DNA of 32,000 nt from Raphidiopsis brookii D9 (GCA_000175855.1 ACYB01000042.1:120001-152000), one strand, 5' to 3'; positions 1 through 10,325 are shown, counted from the first letter of the stretch. Notes: generated from the letters alone by a model not told the origin. Numbers and translations are program-made.

Positions 1-1546
1 TAAGGCTTTTCTGTTCCCTGAGCTAAATAAGCAGCTAATTGACCTTCTATTTGATCTCGAACAATTTGACGGTATTCCAAGAAATGTTCGTTGTGGGCGC
101 AAGTTGCCAAATAATGTTCTGCCACCTGGGGATTATGTTTGATAATACTAAATAGATGATGCCAAAATTTCCAGCGGGTTTCTCTTTTAATTCCCTGTCT
201 CCAAATAACTATTAACAGGGCTTTTACGATTACCCAATCAGGCATTTTGAAGGGAGCTTTCCACTTGGGTGAACCCATGATTAGAAAACATCTATAGGTA
301 CGATCTAAATACTTAATGGGATCATATAAGGCGCAGAAAGCTTCAACATATTCCTTGGCTATGTCCTCTAAAGGACGGGTGGGGATAAAGTTCATTAAAG
401 TTGTCTGATTAATATTCCCATCCTGATTTTCCCTTAGTCTTCCTTCCTTTTGTAACCGATGCCATAATGCAGTATTTGGCAGTGCTTGTAACATGGCAAA
501 GGTGGTGGAAGGAATGGCAGCTTGCTCTGCAAATCTGACAATGCGATCGCCTGCGCCTTTTTGCTCCCCATCAAAACCAATAATAAATCCTGCCATGGGT
601 CGCAGTCCGGTCTTAATAATAGTCTCTACTGATTCTGCTAGGGAACTGCGGGTATTTTGAAATTTTTTGGTTAGTTGTAAACTATCTTCATCGGGGGTTT
701 CAATGCCCAAAAATACTGCGGCAAAACCAGACTCAACCATCAATTCCATTAATTCAGGATCTTGAGCTAGATCTACAGATGCTTCCGTGTCAAACCGGAA
801 AGGATACTCATGTTCTACCATCCAAACCTTTAACTCTTTAAGCAATAATTTAACATTACGTTTATTGCCAATAAAGTTATCATCAACCATGAATATACCA
901 CGCCGCCAACCTAACCGATAAAGACAATCCAACTCAGCTAAAAGTTGTTCTGGAGTTTTAGTTCTCGGTTTTCTGCCATAGAGGACAATAATGTCACAAA
1001 ACTCGCATTGAAAAGGACAACCTCGGGAAAACTGCACTGACATCATGTCATAGGCACTAAAGTCTAGCAAATCAAATCGAGGAATTGGTGTGCCTGTGAC
1101 ATCTGGTTTTTCCGTGGCCCGGAAAATGCCGGATTTCTCACCACTTTGTATGGCGGTGACAAACATGGGTAGGGTAATTTCCCCTCATCTAAAATCAGAA
1201 AATCCGCTCCCGCTTCTTGTACTTCATGGGGTGTGGATGTGGGGTAGGGCCCACCTAATGCTACTAATTTACCACGACGTTTTGCTTCACGTACTTGATC
1301 TAACAGGTCTTGTTTTTGGACAATCATAGCTGAGAAAATAACCACATCAGCCCATGCCCATTCCTCTTCTGTAGCAGGACGAATGTTACGGTCTACTAGT
1401 TTAAACTCCCACTCCTGGGGTAAAATAGCAGCCACTGTAATTAAGCCCAAAGGTGGCAGTAGAACTTTTCTATCTACCAGGTCGAGGATTTTTTCATAGG
1501 ACCAGAAGGTTTTGGGAAATATGGGATAAACCAGTAGGACACGCAT
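1..1546 (-). pseudogene. B12-binding-domain radical SAM protein, 3' end beyond window edge; reading frame broken by an apparent 1-nt deletion near 1181-1184 (lesion or sequencing error)
   Basis: ORF 1064..1561(-) gives MRVLLVYPIFPKTFWSYEKI...LVALGGPYPTSTPHEVQEAGADFLILDEG (B12-binding-like N-terminus). The other minus frame continues directly as EITLPMFVTAIQSGE...MMSVQFSRGCPFQCEFCDIIVLYGRKPRTKTPEQLLAELDCLYRLGWRRGIFMVDDNFIG with the CxxxCxxC radical SAM motif, open to base 1. Confidence 0.85.
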
Positions 1547-1863
1547 AACATCACCCCTCACGAAACTTATCTTCAGTTACTTAATCTAAATTTGACCACT
1601 AACTTTCAGGGTCAGTGTTTTATCCTTTCTGCTATTCTATATTATATGGCATAATATGGTACTATATTACATGACTAGAACTGAACCTAAACCTCAGTTC
1701 TTATTAATAGTGATAACTAAATTCTAGTTGACCATTCCAAACAGCTAGGTCAAGTCTATTCAAAAAACTTGACGAGGTGTTTACCAATTTTGTTCCCCTC
1801 TATCAAGAGTGCTATCCTCTTTGAACGGAGAAAGTATCAATAAGATCTAAGCCAAAAACAGCT

Positions 1864-2493
1864 ATGAGCGATCAAAGTCCCTACGAAAATCTTGGGGTGT
1901 CAAAAGATGCTAGTTTCGATGAGATTCAAAATGCTCGAAATCGCCTGTTAGAACAGTATGGTAGTGATAATAGGATTCGGGAAATTGTTGAAGCAGCTTA
2001 TGATGCAATTCTAATGGAGCGCCTGCGAATGCGTCAGGAGGGCAAAATTAAGGTTCCTGAAGGAATTCGTTTTCCTGAAATGCGAATGCCATCCCCGCAA
2101 AAACAAGTTGTTAACCCCAGTGGTTACTCCCCATCCTGGCTACAAAGATTTTGGGATCAGCCCAGTGTCTCTGATATACTTTGGCCGGCAGGTTGTTATT
2201 TGGGGTTAATTTCTATCAGTCTGTTCGTAAATACAGCACAAGTATTACAGTTAACATTACTTGCGGGGTTAGTTCTAAGTATTTATTTCCTTAATCGCAA
2301 GGAAAACAAATTTCTGAGGGCAGTTTTGTTGACATTGGTAACTCTGGTAGTGGGTTTAATGATAGGAGGACTGATAGCTGGGGGAATACCATTGGATAGC
2401 CTGTCAATTTTAGGAAACTCAATTTCCCCTGACCAGTTCTCAGCTGTGCTAACATTTATTTTAATGTGGTTTGTTAGTAGCTTTCTCCGTTAA
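1864..2493 (+). CDS. CPP1-like / DUF3353 family protein: J-like N-terminal segment plus C-terminal transmembrane helices
   Basis: 209 aa, SPYENLGVSKDASFDEIQNARNRLLEQYGSDNRIREIVEAAYDAILMERLRMRQEGKIKVPEGIRFPE followed by several hydrophobic helices; typical of the cyanobacterial/chloroplast CPP1-like family. Confidence 0.8.
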   Translation: MSDQSPYENLGVSKDASFDEIQNARNRLLEQYGSDNRIREIVEAAYDAILMERLRMRQEGKIKVPEGIRFPEMRMPSPQKQVVNPSGYSPSWLQRFWDQPSVSDILWPAGCYLGLISISLFVNTAQVLQLTLLAGLVLSIYFLNRKENKFLRAVLLTLVTLVVGLMIGGLIAGGIPLDSLSILGNSISPDQFSAVLTFILMWFVSSFLR

Positions 2494-4988
2494 CCTATGG
2501 GATAAACCAATTCTCTGACTCTGGAAGCTGAATCCTGGTTCAATGCCACCCTGGCTAAAACCTGGGATTCAGTGGTGGTGAGTTGGGAAATGACCTGCTT
2601 TAAGGGGGCGATCGCCTGGGGATTCGTACTCAGTTCGTCTATTCCCAAACCTATAAGAATAGGTGCAACTACGGTTTCAGCGGCAATCTCACCGCATAGT
2701 CCAACCCAAATATTGGCTGCGTGGGCAGCTTCTACCGTCTTTTGAATCATCCGCAGCACCGCTGGCTGTAAGGCATCAGTTAAATTTGCTACTTTAGGAT
2801 TAGTGCGATCGCATGCCATAACATATTGACTCAGATCATTTGTACCAATGCTAAAAAAGTCTACTTCTTTGGCCAGGTGATCGGCAATAGCTACGGCGGC
2901 TGGGGTTTCAATCATAACTCCTACGGGTAGTTTAGTATCAAACTCCATACAATCTTTTTCAAGCTCTACCATGGATTGGTTTAAAATTGATTTAGCGGCA
3001 CGTAACTCGGCTAAAGTACTAATCATAGGCCACATAACTTTAATGTGGTGGTTAGCGCTAGCTCGTAAAATAGCTCTTAATTGAGTTTTGAGTAAATAGG
3101 GATGTTCCAAACAAAATCTAATGCCGCGCACACCCAAAAAGGGATTAGTTTCCTTGAGAGTAGAACCCAGATAGGGTATTTGTTTATCTCCTCCCACATC
3201 CAAAGTGCGGATAATCAATGGACGTTCCCCTAAAATTTGGGCAATATCCTGATAAACTTGTAACTGCTCTTCCTCCGTGGGTGGTTTAATCTGTTCCAAA
3301 TATAAAAATTCTGTTCGTAGCAGACCTACACCTTCTGCACCATAGCCAACAGCAGCTTTAGCATCAGCCACACTGCCAATATTGGCGAATACATGAATTC
3401 TTTGACCGTCCCGGGTAGTTGCTGGTTGGTGGGCCTTCTTTCTAGCTTCAGCTTGATTAGTTTGCCAGACTTGACGTTTATTTTCCAGAGCAGTCAATAC
3501 AGATCCCTCTGGTTCTATCCACACCTTACCACCTTCACCATCCAGAGCAATTACAGTACCATTTTCCACAGTCAAAACCTGAGAATCCACACCAACCACT
3601 GCAGGAATACCCAAAGTGCGGGCAATAATAGCACTATGAGAAGTAGCACTACCAGCAGTCATACAAATCCCCAATACCTTGCGAGGATCCAACCTAGCTG
3701 TATCCGAGGGAGTTAAATCCGTCCCCACCACAATTGATGGTTCCGAGATATGTAATTCCGTGGGCAAATTACCCAGCAGAATTCTCAATACCCTTCTTCC
3801 CACATCCACCACATCATCCACTCTCTCCTTCAAATAAGCGTCTTCCAGTTGGCGATAGGAGTTGGTCACCTCTTCTACTACCGCTTGCCATGCCGCCTCA
3901 GCGTTTAATTTTTCTTCTATAATATACCTACGAACACCATCTAACATTACTGGATCTGCCAGGAATAAAAGATGAGCATCAAATATTGCTGCTTCTGCAT
4001 CACCTATTTGCACCGACGCGTGGGAAAGCAACATGGTAATCTCCTGTTTCGCCTTTTGGATAGCATGTTGTAATCTTTGCCACTCAATTTCCACATTCTC
4101 TATGTGGTATTCCATAATAGACATGGGAGCTAATTGATAATGGACTACAGGAGCGATCGCGATGCCAGGAGAAGCGGCAATTCCGGTAAATTGACCAGGA
4201 TTGTCCGGGAGGGGGGAGATGGTACGGGTTGGCAATTCTAGAATAGGATCTTGCTCTCCGAAATTATGGATAATTAAGGACTGTAGAGCTGTAATTGCCT
4301 CCTGAGCATCCTTACCCCTAGCAGTAATTAATAATTCATGTCCTTGACGTACGCCCAGGGTACCAACTTGGTTAATACTATCACCTCTAACTGCTTCCGT
4401 ATTTCTAGTTAAATTCTGCACCTGAATTTTCGCTTCAAAACGGCAAGTGGTAGCGACAAATTGAGCTGCAGGTCGAGCATGTAGACCGAGACGGTTTTTG
4501 ATTTGAATGCGAAGTTCTTTGGTGGGAACAGTATCGTCAATATTGTTAGAATCGTTATGTAAGGGATGAGCGATTAAATTTAATTGATGAGATTTAGCCA
4601 GCAAAGAACCTTGAGCTTCCCTTAGAACCTCCTGAATATTTTTGCCGGTACTAGCAGCAACGGTAGCAGCAATAGCACCTTCCACCAGGGGAGCATCACA
4701 CATATAGATTTTATCCCGTTGTGCTGGTAGTAAAAACTCCAATGCCATTTCTGCACTAATAAGAGCGCTACCTAAATCCATCAATACAATAACCCCGTCT
4801 TCAGAGAATACAGAAGAGATGGCTTGATAAACCTGAATTGGATCTGTACCCAATGGGTTTGTGGGGTCATCCACACCCGCTGCGACAGCAAGGGAAATTT
4901 TTCCCTTTACCATTTGTGCAGCTAGTTCTTGTACTCCTAGAGCTAATTGTTTGCTGTGGGAAACAATAACAATACCAACCACTGTCAC
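2490..4988 (-). CDS. Multidomain phosphotransferase: DhaM-type EIIA(Man-like) + HPr + PTS Enzyme I (PEP-protein phosphotransferase)
   Basis: 832 aa, GTG start. N-term GIVIVSHSKQLALGVQEL with IVLMDLGSALISAEMALEF (EIIA/DhaM); RLGLHARPAAQFV (HPr His site); AGSATSHSAIIARTLGIPAVVG (EI His site); GVMIETPAAVAIAD..FFSIGTNDLSQYVMACDRTNP..VGLCGEIA (PEP-utilizer C-term). Confidence 0.92.
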   Translation of the reverse strand: MTVVGIVIVSHSKQLALGVQELAAQMVKGKISLAVAAGVDDPTNPLGTDPIQVYQAISSVFSEDGVIVLMDLGSALISAEMALEFLLPAQRDKIYMCDAPLVEGAIAATVAASTGKNIQEVLREAQGSLLAKSHQLNLIAHPLHNDSNNIDDTVPTKELRIQIKNRLGLHARPAAQFVATTCRFEAKIQVQNLTRNTEAVRGDSINQVGTLGVRQGHELLITARGKDAQEAITALQSLIIHNFGEQDPILELPTRTISPLPDNPGQFTGIAASPGIAIAPVVHYQLAPMSIMEYHIENVEIEWQRLQHAIQKAKQEITMLLSHASVQIGDAEAAIFDAHLLFLADPVMLDGVRRYIIEEKLNAEAAWQAVVEEVTNSYRQLEDAYLKERVDDVVDVGRRVLRILLGNLPTELHISEPSIVVGTDLTPSDTARLDPRKVLGICMTAGSATSHSAIIARTLGIPAVVGVDSQVLTVENGTVIALDGEGGKVWIEPEGSVLTALENKRQVWQTNQAEARKKAHQPATTRDGQRIHVFANIGSVADAKAAVGYGAEGVGLLRTEFLYLEQIKPPTEEEQLQVYQDIAQILGERPLIIRTLDVGGDKQIPYLGSTLKETNPFLGVRGIRFCLEHPYLLKTQLRAILRASANHHIKVMWPMISTLAELRAAKSILNQSMVELEKDCMEFDTKLPVGVMIETPAAVAIADHLAKEVDFFSIGTNDLSQYVMACDRTNPKVANLTDALQPAVLRMIQKTVEAAHAANIWVGLCGEIAAETVVAPILIGLGIDELSTNPQAIAPLKQVISQLTTTESQVLARVALNQDSASRVRELVYPIG

Positions 4989-5075
4989 ACCTTTAGCAGT
5001 TACCCATTCAATTATGAATCGAAGTTATAGAAAATTCCTATTTATTTAGCTTATATTTAAGGTTGTTAACCAGGT

Positions 5076-5855
5076 CTACATATACCTAGTCAACTGGATT
5101 CGATATCTGTCTTTTTTAGTAACAGCAATTTCACCCACTTGCAAACGCCCTTTACCGCGAATTGCTATTAAGTCTCCCATTTTTAACTGGTAACTGCTTT
5201 GGGTAATCTCCTTCCAATTGACACGCACATCCCCGGAATCAATTAAATCAACCATTTTACTTCTAGACATACCAAAACCAGCAGAAGCAATGGCATCCAA
5301 TCTTAAAGAAGCTTCCACTGTAGTTAACTCCTTCTTTTTGGGTTCCCTAATTTTCAACTCGCTAGGATCTATGACCTGAGTTTTCACTGGCACAGAACGC
5401 ACCTGTTGCAAATTCATGGTTAAAAATTCTGCCAGTTCTGGAACTACTATTGCTTGGGCTCCCCTCTCCCCCAAAATAATGATATCTCCTGTTTTTTCTC
5501 GCACAATCCCCGTACCTAGCATAGCCCCTAAAAAATCCCGGTGGGTGGCAGTGTCAAACAAAAAATTTCCAGCTATGTCTAAAACAGTAACAGCCACTTG
5601 GGATACATCCAAAGGCATTTCAGAACGGATAATAGCCACTCGTTGGCGTTCAGCTTGGGGATATCCACCCCAGGCCACTAAATGCACCTCCGTTAACCGG
5701 TTAAAAACTCGTTCAATTTCAGCTAACTCTGGGGGAGATAAAAAGTCAGTTATTACCACTTCCCAGGTCTTTATAGCCTGTTCTGCTTGGTCAATTACAT
5801 GGGCAATAACATCTCGGTTTTCAACACCCTTTAACAGTTCTTCTCTTGGCAACAT
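5076..5855 (-). CDS. YlmH-like S4-domain RNA-binding protein (photosystem II S4 domain protein type)
   Basis: 259 aa; C-terminal S4 motif LRLDAIASAGFGMSRSKMVDLIDSGDVRVNWKEITQSSYQLKMGDLIAIRGKGRLQVGE; N-terminal YlmH-like region. Confidence 0.85.
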   Translation of the reverse strand: MLPREELLKGVENRDVIAHVIDQAEQAIKTWEVVITDFLSPPELAEIERVFNRLTEVHLVAWGGYPQAERQRVAIIRSEMPLDVSQVAVTVLDIAGNFLFDTATHRDFLGAMLGTGIVREKTGDIIILGERGAQAIVVPELAEFLTMNLQQVRSVPVKTQVIDPSELKIREPKKKELTTVEASLRLDAIASAGFGMSRSKMVDLIDSGDVRVNWKEITQSSYQLKMGDLIAIRGKGRLQVGEIAVTKKDRYRIQLTRYM

Positions 5856-5895
5856 AATTAATCTGAGAGTGGGGGAGGACTAGTTCATGAGCTGC

Positions 5896-6396
5896 TTAAC
5901 CATTATCCGCATAACCTTGAATATTCTCTGGATCATACTGACGGAGAATGCGTGTAGCTTGGCGAGTCAGAGCTTCTGAACCCTGAACTACAATTAGGTA
6001 TTTCCCAGCGGATAACCGGTTACGATAGGGTAAAGCATCACCACTACCAAAAATCAAACCTACACCACCTCCCACAAACACACTACCCATAACACCACTA
6101 GCAGCGCCTAGTAAACCGCCAATTATATGATTACCAATTTCCCCAGCCCAGATAAACGTGTCTAATCCAGTAATCAAACTAAATGTAAACCCGGCAAAAA
6201 AGCCAAATGGTATTAACCAAGATGCCATGAGTTTGACTTGTTTTTTAGCCTCCTCCTTGGGATCTATTAACCCAAACTCATCAGCGGTTTTATATCCCCT
6301 ACCCAAAATAGAGCTAGTAATACCCTCCTTTTCTAAACTCAAGTAGGCCGATTCGGCCTGGATACGGTCTGGTAGCACAGCAACAAGATAATTCAT
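5896..6396 (-). CDS. Conserved hypothetical membrane protein with glycine-rich hydrophobic segments (ORF track start 6456; internal ATG at 6396 is more plausible)
   Basis: MNYLVAVLPDRIQAESAYLSLEKEGITSSILGRG... followed by two hydrophobic, Gly-rich segments; the 6396 start avoids overlap with the TolC-like gene. Confidence 0.6.
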   Translation of the reverse strand: MNYLVAVLPDRIQAESAYLSLEKEGITSSILGRGYKTADEFGLIDPKEEAKKQVKLMASWLIPFGFFAGFTFSLITGLDTFIWAGEIGNHIIGGLLGAASGVMGSVFVGGGVGLIFGSGDALPYRNRLSAGKYLIVVQGSEALTRQATRILRQYDPENIQGYADNG

Positions 6397-6452
6397 ACAA
6401 AATTCATGAAAACACCTAAAAATTTTCCCCATTTCCGCCAAACCCCCATGTA

Positions 6453-8250
6453 TCAAGACTTCTGAACCGCCCTAGAGGTGACGTATCTCTGTAATCTGGT
6501 TAGAGCTAAATTGTAATTCAAAATAGCTCGAACGCGATTAGCCTCCGAACGGGTAAGTTCACTTTGGGCATTGATAACATCTGTTTGAGTCCCCACACCA
6601 GCTTGAAAACGTAGTCTAGCCAGTCTCAGGGATTCCTTGGCCTGATCTAGAGCAGTAGCAGCAGTTTGCACGTTTTCCAAATTGGCTAGGTGACTGGAAT
6701 AGGCTTCCTCCACTTGAAAACGTACCTGGTTACGCCTTTCAGCAAATTCCGCCTCCGCAATCGCTATTTCAGTTTTAGCCCTAGCTGCTCTAGCGCGGGA
6801 AGCACCACCATCATATAGGTTCATGCTGGCTCGCAATCCCACAGAATAACCGTCATTAATCGCCACTCCATCGTTAAATTCATCCAATAAGTCATATCTG
6901 GCAATGAAGCTAATTTGCGGACCTAGTGTGGCTAAGGCTTGTTTTCTCTGTTGTTCTCTAATATTCCTCTCTGCCAATTTTTTGCTGCAGTTCGGCACGG
7001 TTTTGATATGCTAGGACAATACTATCTTCTAAACTGCTTTTCCATAATCCAGCTAACTGCACCGGATCCGAAGCGGTAATACTCACAGACTGAGGTAAGT
7101 TCAACCTCAGGGCTAGACGACGACGAGCAATAGCCTGCTGGGATAGGGCATCTGTTAGTTCTTGTTGAGAATTGGCTAAGTTAACCTGCGATCGCAACAC
7201 ATCAAATTTGGTTCCCACACCTGCTCGCTCTAGTGCTTGAGCATCTCGTAAGCTGGCTTGGGAATTTTCCACCGCAGAGCGAGCAATTCTCACGCTCTCA
7301 TCTGACTGTTGCAAGCTATAATACTCCGTAGCAACATTTAAACGAATTTCTTCTGATTGCCTTTCTACCTCGAGTTGTTGAAGACGTACCTGTTCTTCGG
7401 CTTCCTTAATAGCTGCCGTTCTTCTACCTGATGTGTATAAGTCATATCGCAGCTCTGCCTGGGAATCAAACACGGAGGTAGCGTCTGGGTTTTCAGTGGG
7501 TCTATTGAGAAATTTATCGGTTTGTCTTGCCCTGAGAGTAGTACTGGAACTACGACTTCTGGTCACACCACCTAGTAGGTTCAAGCTAGGCAACAAAGCA
7601 GCTTGCGCTTCCTTTAAAGAGGATTGACTACGTTGTAACTGCAAAACAGCTACTTGTAAATCATTGTTATTCTGCTTGGCCAGATCCAATGCTTGTTCTA
7701 AACTAATCGCCTCTGTTGTCTGCACCTTAACCCCTTGAGAATCTTGAGGTACATCCAAAAGATTGGGGTTAGGTTTAAGACGCTCCAAAATCATCTGGGG
7801 AGAATCCGACGTAGGGTTCACAGATTGGGAATTAGGTTTTACTGGTTCTGTTTCCGAGGATTTGTCCGTAGGCAATGTTATTTGAGTTACCTGATTATAC
7901 GTTTTCCCTGATCTCACCTTGGGGTTAACCGGGGGTAAGGACAAAACCGTTTTGAACTTAGTTGGCGATGGTACATTAGCACGTGAGCTAGAACTAGGCA
8001 GTTCTGGTAAAATGGATTGACCAAAATCAAGCTGATAGTCAAAACCTAGTGCATGATCAACCGTATTTGCGACCAGATGCCAGTTGTTTTCCACAACAGA
8101 AACTTTAGGATTCGTCGCAGTCGATACAACAGGAGAAGAAACCAGTTTCAAATCATTAGCCTTGAAGGTTCCAGCCCAAGCAGACTGAGTTGTTAATACT
8201 GCTGCTGTCACACCGGGCAAGAAACTATGAAATAATTGCTGTCCTTTCAC
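6453..8250 (-). pseudogene. hgdD: TolC-family outer membrane efflux protein, probable HgdD orthologue; split into two ORFs (6958..8250 and 6453..6998) by an apparent +1 nt in a T6/A6 run at 6978-6983
   Basis: N-terminal signal peptide MKGQQLFHSFLPGVTAAVLTTQSAWA; TolC repeats ISLEQALDLAKQNNNDLQVAVLQLQRSQSSLKEAQAALLPSLNLLGGVTRS, VATEYYSLQQSDESVRIARSAVENSQASLRDA...GVGTKFDVLRSQVNLANSQQEL and, in the other frame, AYSSHLANLENVQTAATALDQAKESLRLARLRFQAGVGTQTDVINAQSELTRSEANRVRAILNYNLALTRLQRYV. The position downstream of kaiABC matches, from memory, that of hgdD (alr2887) in Anabaena PCC 7120. Confidence 0.8.
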
Positions 8251-8380
8251 CGCATCCCCTCACACAAAAAACCATCTGCGAGCAAAAAAAGTTGTCTTCC
8301 CACAGAATATAGCATCATAACCAGGGAAACAAATGACATGCTACTATACCAAACATAACTTCATTTTGGCATTTCACAGT

Positions 8381-9940
8381 TTATTTATCTTCAAACCGTT
8401 TAACAATGCGAGAAAGTTCTGCTTTCTCATCTATACTAACCCGGCTAGGTGCCCCACTGACGATTCTCTCGTAATTCCTAAAGGAATCTTTAATATTGGG
8501 CCCATCTGCTGTAATATTATATTCTCTAATTCCCTTGTCATGCCAAGAACCGCGCATTTTAAATACATTGATGGCCCGGGACATTTCCCCATGGATTTCT
8601 ACATATTGTAACATAATAATCGTGTCAGTAATAGTAGAAATGTGAGAATCGGTAATCGAGTGAGATCCCATAAACTGGTCACTGGTATTGGTGAAGAACC
8701 CGGTGATTTCCTCTTGTTTAGCATAGCCAGTTACCCCAATGACAAATTGGCGGAAGGCATTATTACTTACCCCCCTAGCTAAAGCTGAAAGGGAGTCAAT
8801 AGCAATGCGAGCTGGTTTGAAGTCGGCAATCTCTGATTTAATAATTTGTAAGTGGTCCTCTAAACCGGTAGATTCGGGGTAGGTACAAATTATTTTTAAT
8901 AAACCCTGGCGTTCCAACTCTTCAAAGTCAATGCCCCAAGAATAAGCGTTACGGGACAGTTGGGCTCGAGACTCTTCATAAGCAAATAGTATGGCTCTTT
9001 CACCGCTAACACAGCCATCCTGAATAAATTTACTTACTAGGAGTGTTTTTCCAGTACCAGTAGCCCCGGTAGCTAAAATAATCGAGTCTTTGAAGAAACC
9101 TCCCCCACACATTTCATCTAGGGTATTAACCCCTGAAGAAACCCGAACGTTGGAAGATCTTTGTGTTAAGCGCATTGCTCCCAAGGGGAAGATATTTACC
9201 CCTGCATTGGTAATTGTAAAGGGATATTCACCTTTCATGTGGGTTGTACCGCGCAGTTTGAGAATCTCAATGGTCCGTCGGCGGCGTTCTCCCTCCAAAA
9301 CGTTACGAACAATCACTACGTTATCAGATACAAATTCTTCCACTCCAAAGGAAGCTACTGGTCCATATTCTTCACCCCTTTCTGTAGTAATAATTGTGGT
9401 GACATTCAGCTGTTTTAGGCGGGCTACTAACCGAAATATTTCTCTTCTTACTACCCCTATGGCTTCATACTGTTGAAATACGGCGGTAATTGAGTCTATA
9501 GAAACACGGTTAGCTTTGTATTTACGAATGGCATACTGTAATCGTTCAATCAAAGCTGAAAGGTCGAAGTTCCCCACTATGTCCTGTCCTTCAGGATCTG
9601 GAGACGCATCCAGAATAAACAGTTTTCCCTGTTCAATCAGTTTCTGCAGGTTCCAGCCAAAAATGTGGGCGTTTTTGATAATGTCACTGGGAGACTCCTC
9701 AAAGGTCACAAATACTCCCGGTTCATCAAAGTGGGTAATGCCATTATACAGAAATTGTAATGATAATAGGGTCTTTCCGGTTCCAGAAGTACCGCTTAAC
9801 AAAGTGGTTCTACCAATTGGTAACCCACCATGGCTAATATCATCAAACCCCTCTATCATAGTGCGAATTTTCTCTACTCCAGCGCTGGTAGGGGTTTGCT
9901 GTTCTTTTTGTTCTTGTTTCTCCTGGTCGCTCATTGCCAA
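8381..9940 (-). CDS. kaiC: Circadian clock ATPase/kinase KaiC
   Basis: 519 aa; two P-loops LLSGTSGTGKTLLSL and LATGATGTGKTLLVSKF; CII phosphorylation region SHISTITDTIIMLQYVEIHGEMSRAINVFKMRGSWHDKGIREY. Start may be the second Met (MSDQEK). Confidence 0.98.
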   Translation of the reverse strand: MAMSDQEKQEQKEQQTPTSAGVEKIRTMIEGFDDISHGGLPIGRTTLLSGTSGTGKTLLSLQFLYNGITHFDEPGVFVTFEESPSDIIKNAHIFGWNLQKLIEQGKLFILDASPDPEGQDIVGNFDLSALIERLQYAIRKYKANRVSIDSITAVFQQYEAIGVVRREIFRLVARLKQLNVTTIITTERGEEYGPVASFGVEEFVSDNVVIVRNVLEGERRRRTIEILKLRGTTHMKGEYPFTITNAGVNIFPLGAMRLTQRSSNVRVSSGVNTLDEMCGGGFFKDSIILATGATGTGKTLLVSKFIQDGCVSGERAILFAYEESRAQLSRNAYSWGIDFEELERQGLLKIICTYPESTGLEDHLQIIKSEIADFKPARIAIDSLSALARGVSNNAFRQFVIGVTGYAKQEEITGFFTNTSDQFMGSHSITDSHISTITDTIIMLQYVEIHGEMSRAINVFKMRGSWHDKGIREYNITADGPNIKDSFRNYERIVSGAPSRVSIDEKAELSRIVKRFEDK

Positions 9941-9980
9941 TTGTATACTTAATCTTAAATGGTTAATTGTCTCATACGGA

Positions 9981-10325
9981 CTAGTTTATTTCCTCAATTT
10001 TGTGGTCATCTATGTTATCCCACTCCTCCTCGCTCAGCTCTTCATAGAGTAAATCTAGACCTATTAACACCCTCTCCCGATCAGACAGATCTCCAATTAT
10101 CTTGCGCACTGGCGGTGGTAAAATCTTTGACAGTGTGGGTGTGGCTAGAATTTTATCTTCCTCTGCTAATTGTGGATTTTTGAGAACGTCTATTACTTTT
10201 AAAGCATAGACTCCTTGAAATTCTTTCTCTAATATGTTTTTTAATGTGTTTAATGCTCTCACAGAGTTGGGCGTGTTACCAGCTACATATAGCTTTAATA
10301 CATAGGTCTTTTTGATTTTATTCAT
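9981..10325 (-). CDS. kaiB: Circadian clock protein KaiB (ORF track start 10349; start [13 protein letters not shown] at 10325 preferred)
   Basis: [88 protein letters not shown] is the classic KaiB sequence. Confidence 0.97.
   Translation of the reverse strand: MNKIKKTYVLKLYVAGNTPNSVRALNTLKNILEKEFQGVYALKVIDVLKNPQLAEEDKILATPTLSKILPPPVRKIIGDLSDRERVLIGLDLLYEELSEEEWDNIDDHKIEEIN

Noticed and set aside
3393-3922. ORFs of 107 aa and 62 aa (+) opposite the EI fusion gene
   Set aside because: They are antisense to a clearly conserved 832-aa gene and their composition is not protein-like.
6978-6983. Programmed ribosomal frameshifting or polymerase slippage to express the TolC-like protein
   Set aside because: A +1 shift would be needed. 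A6 is short for slippage, and no stimulatory stop, hairpin or canonical slippery heptamer in the right phase was seen. A lesion or sequencing error is simpler.
9090-10183. Plus-strand ORFs of 128, 178 and 74 aa across kaiC and kaiB
   Set aside because: They are antisense to clear kaiC/kaiB coding sequence; no recognisable domains.
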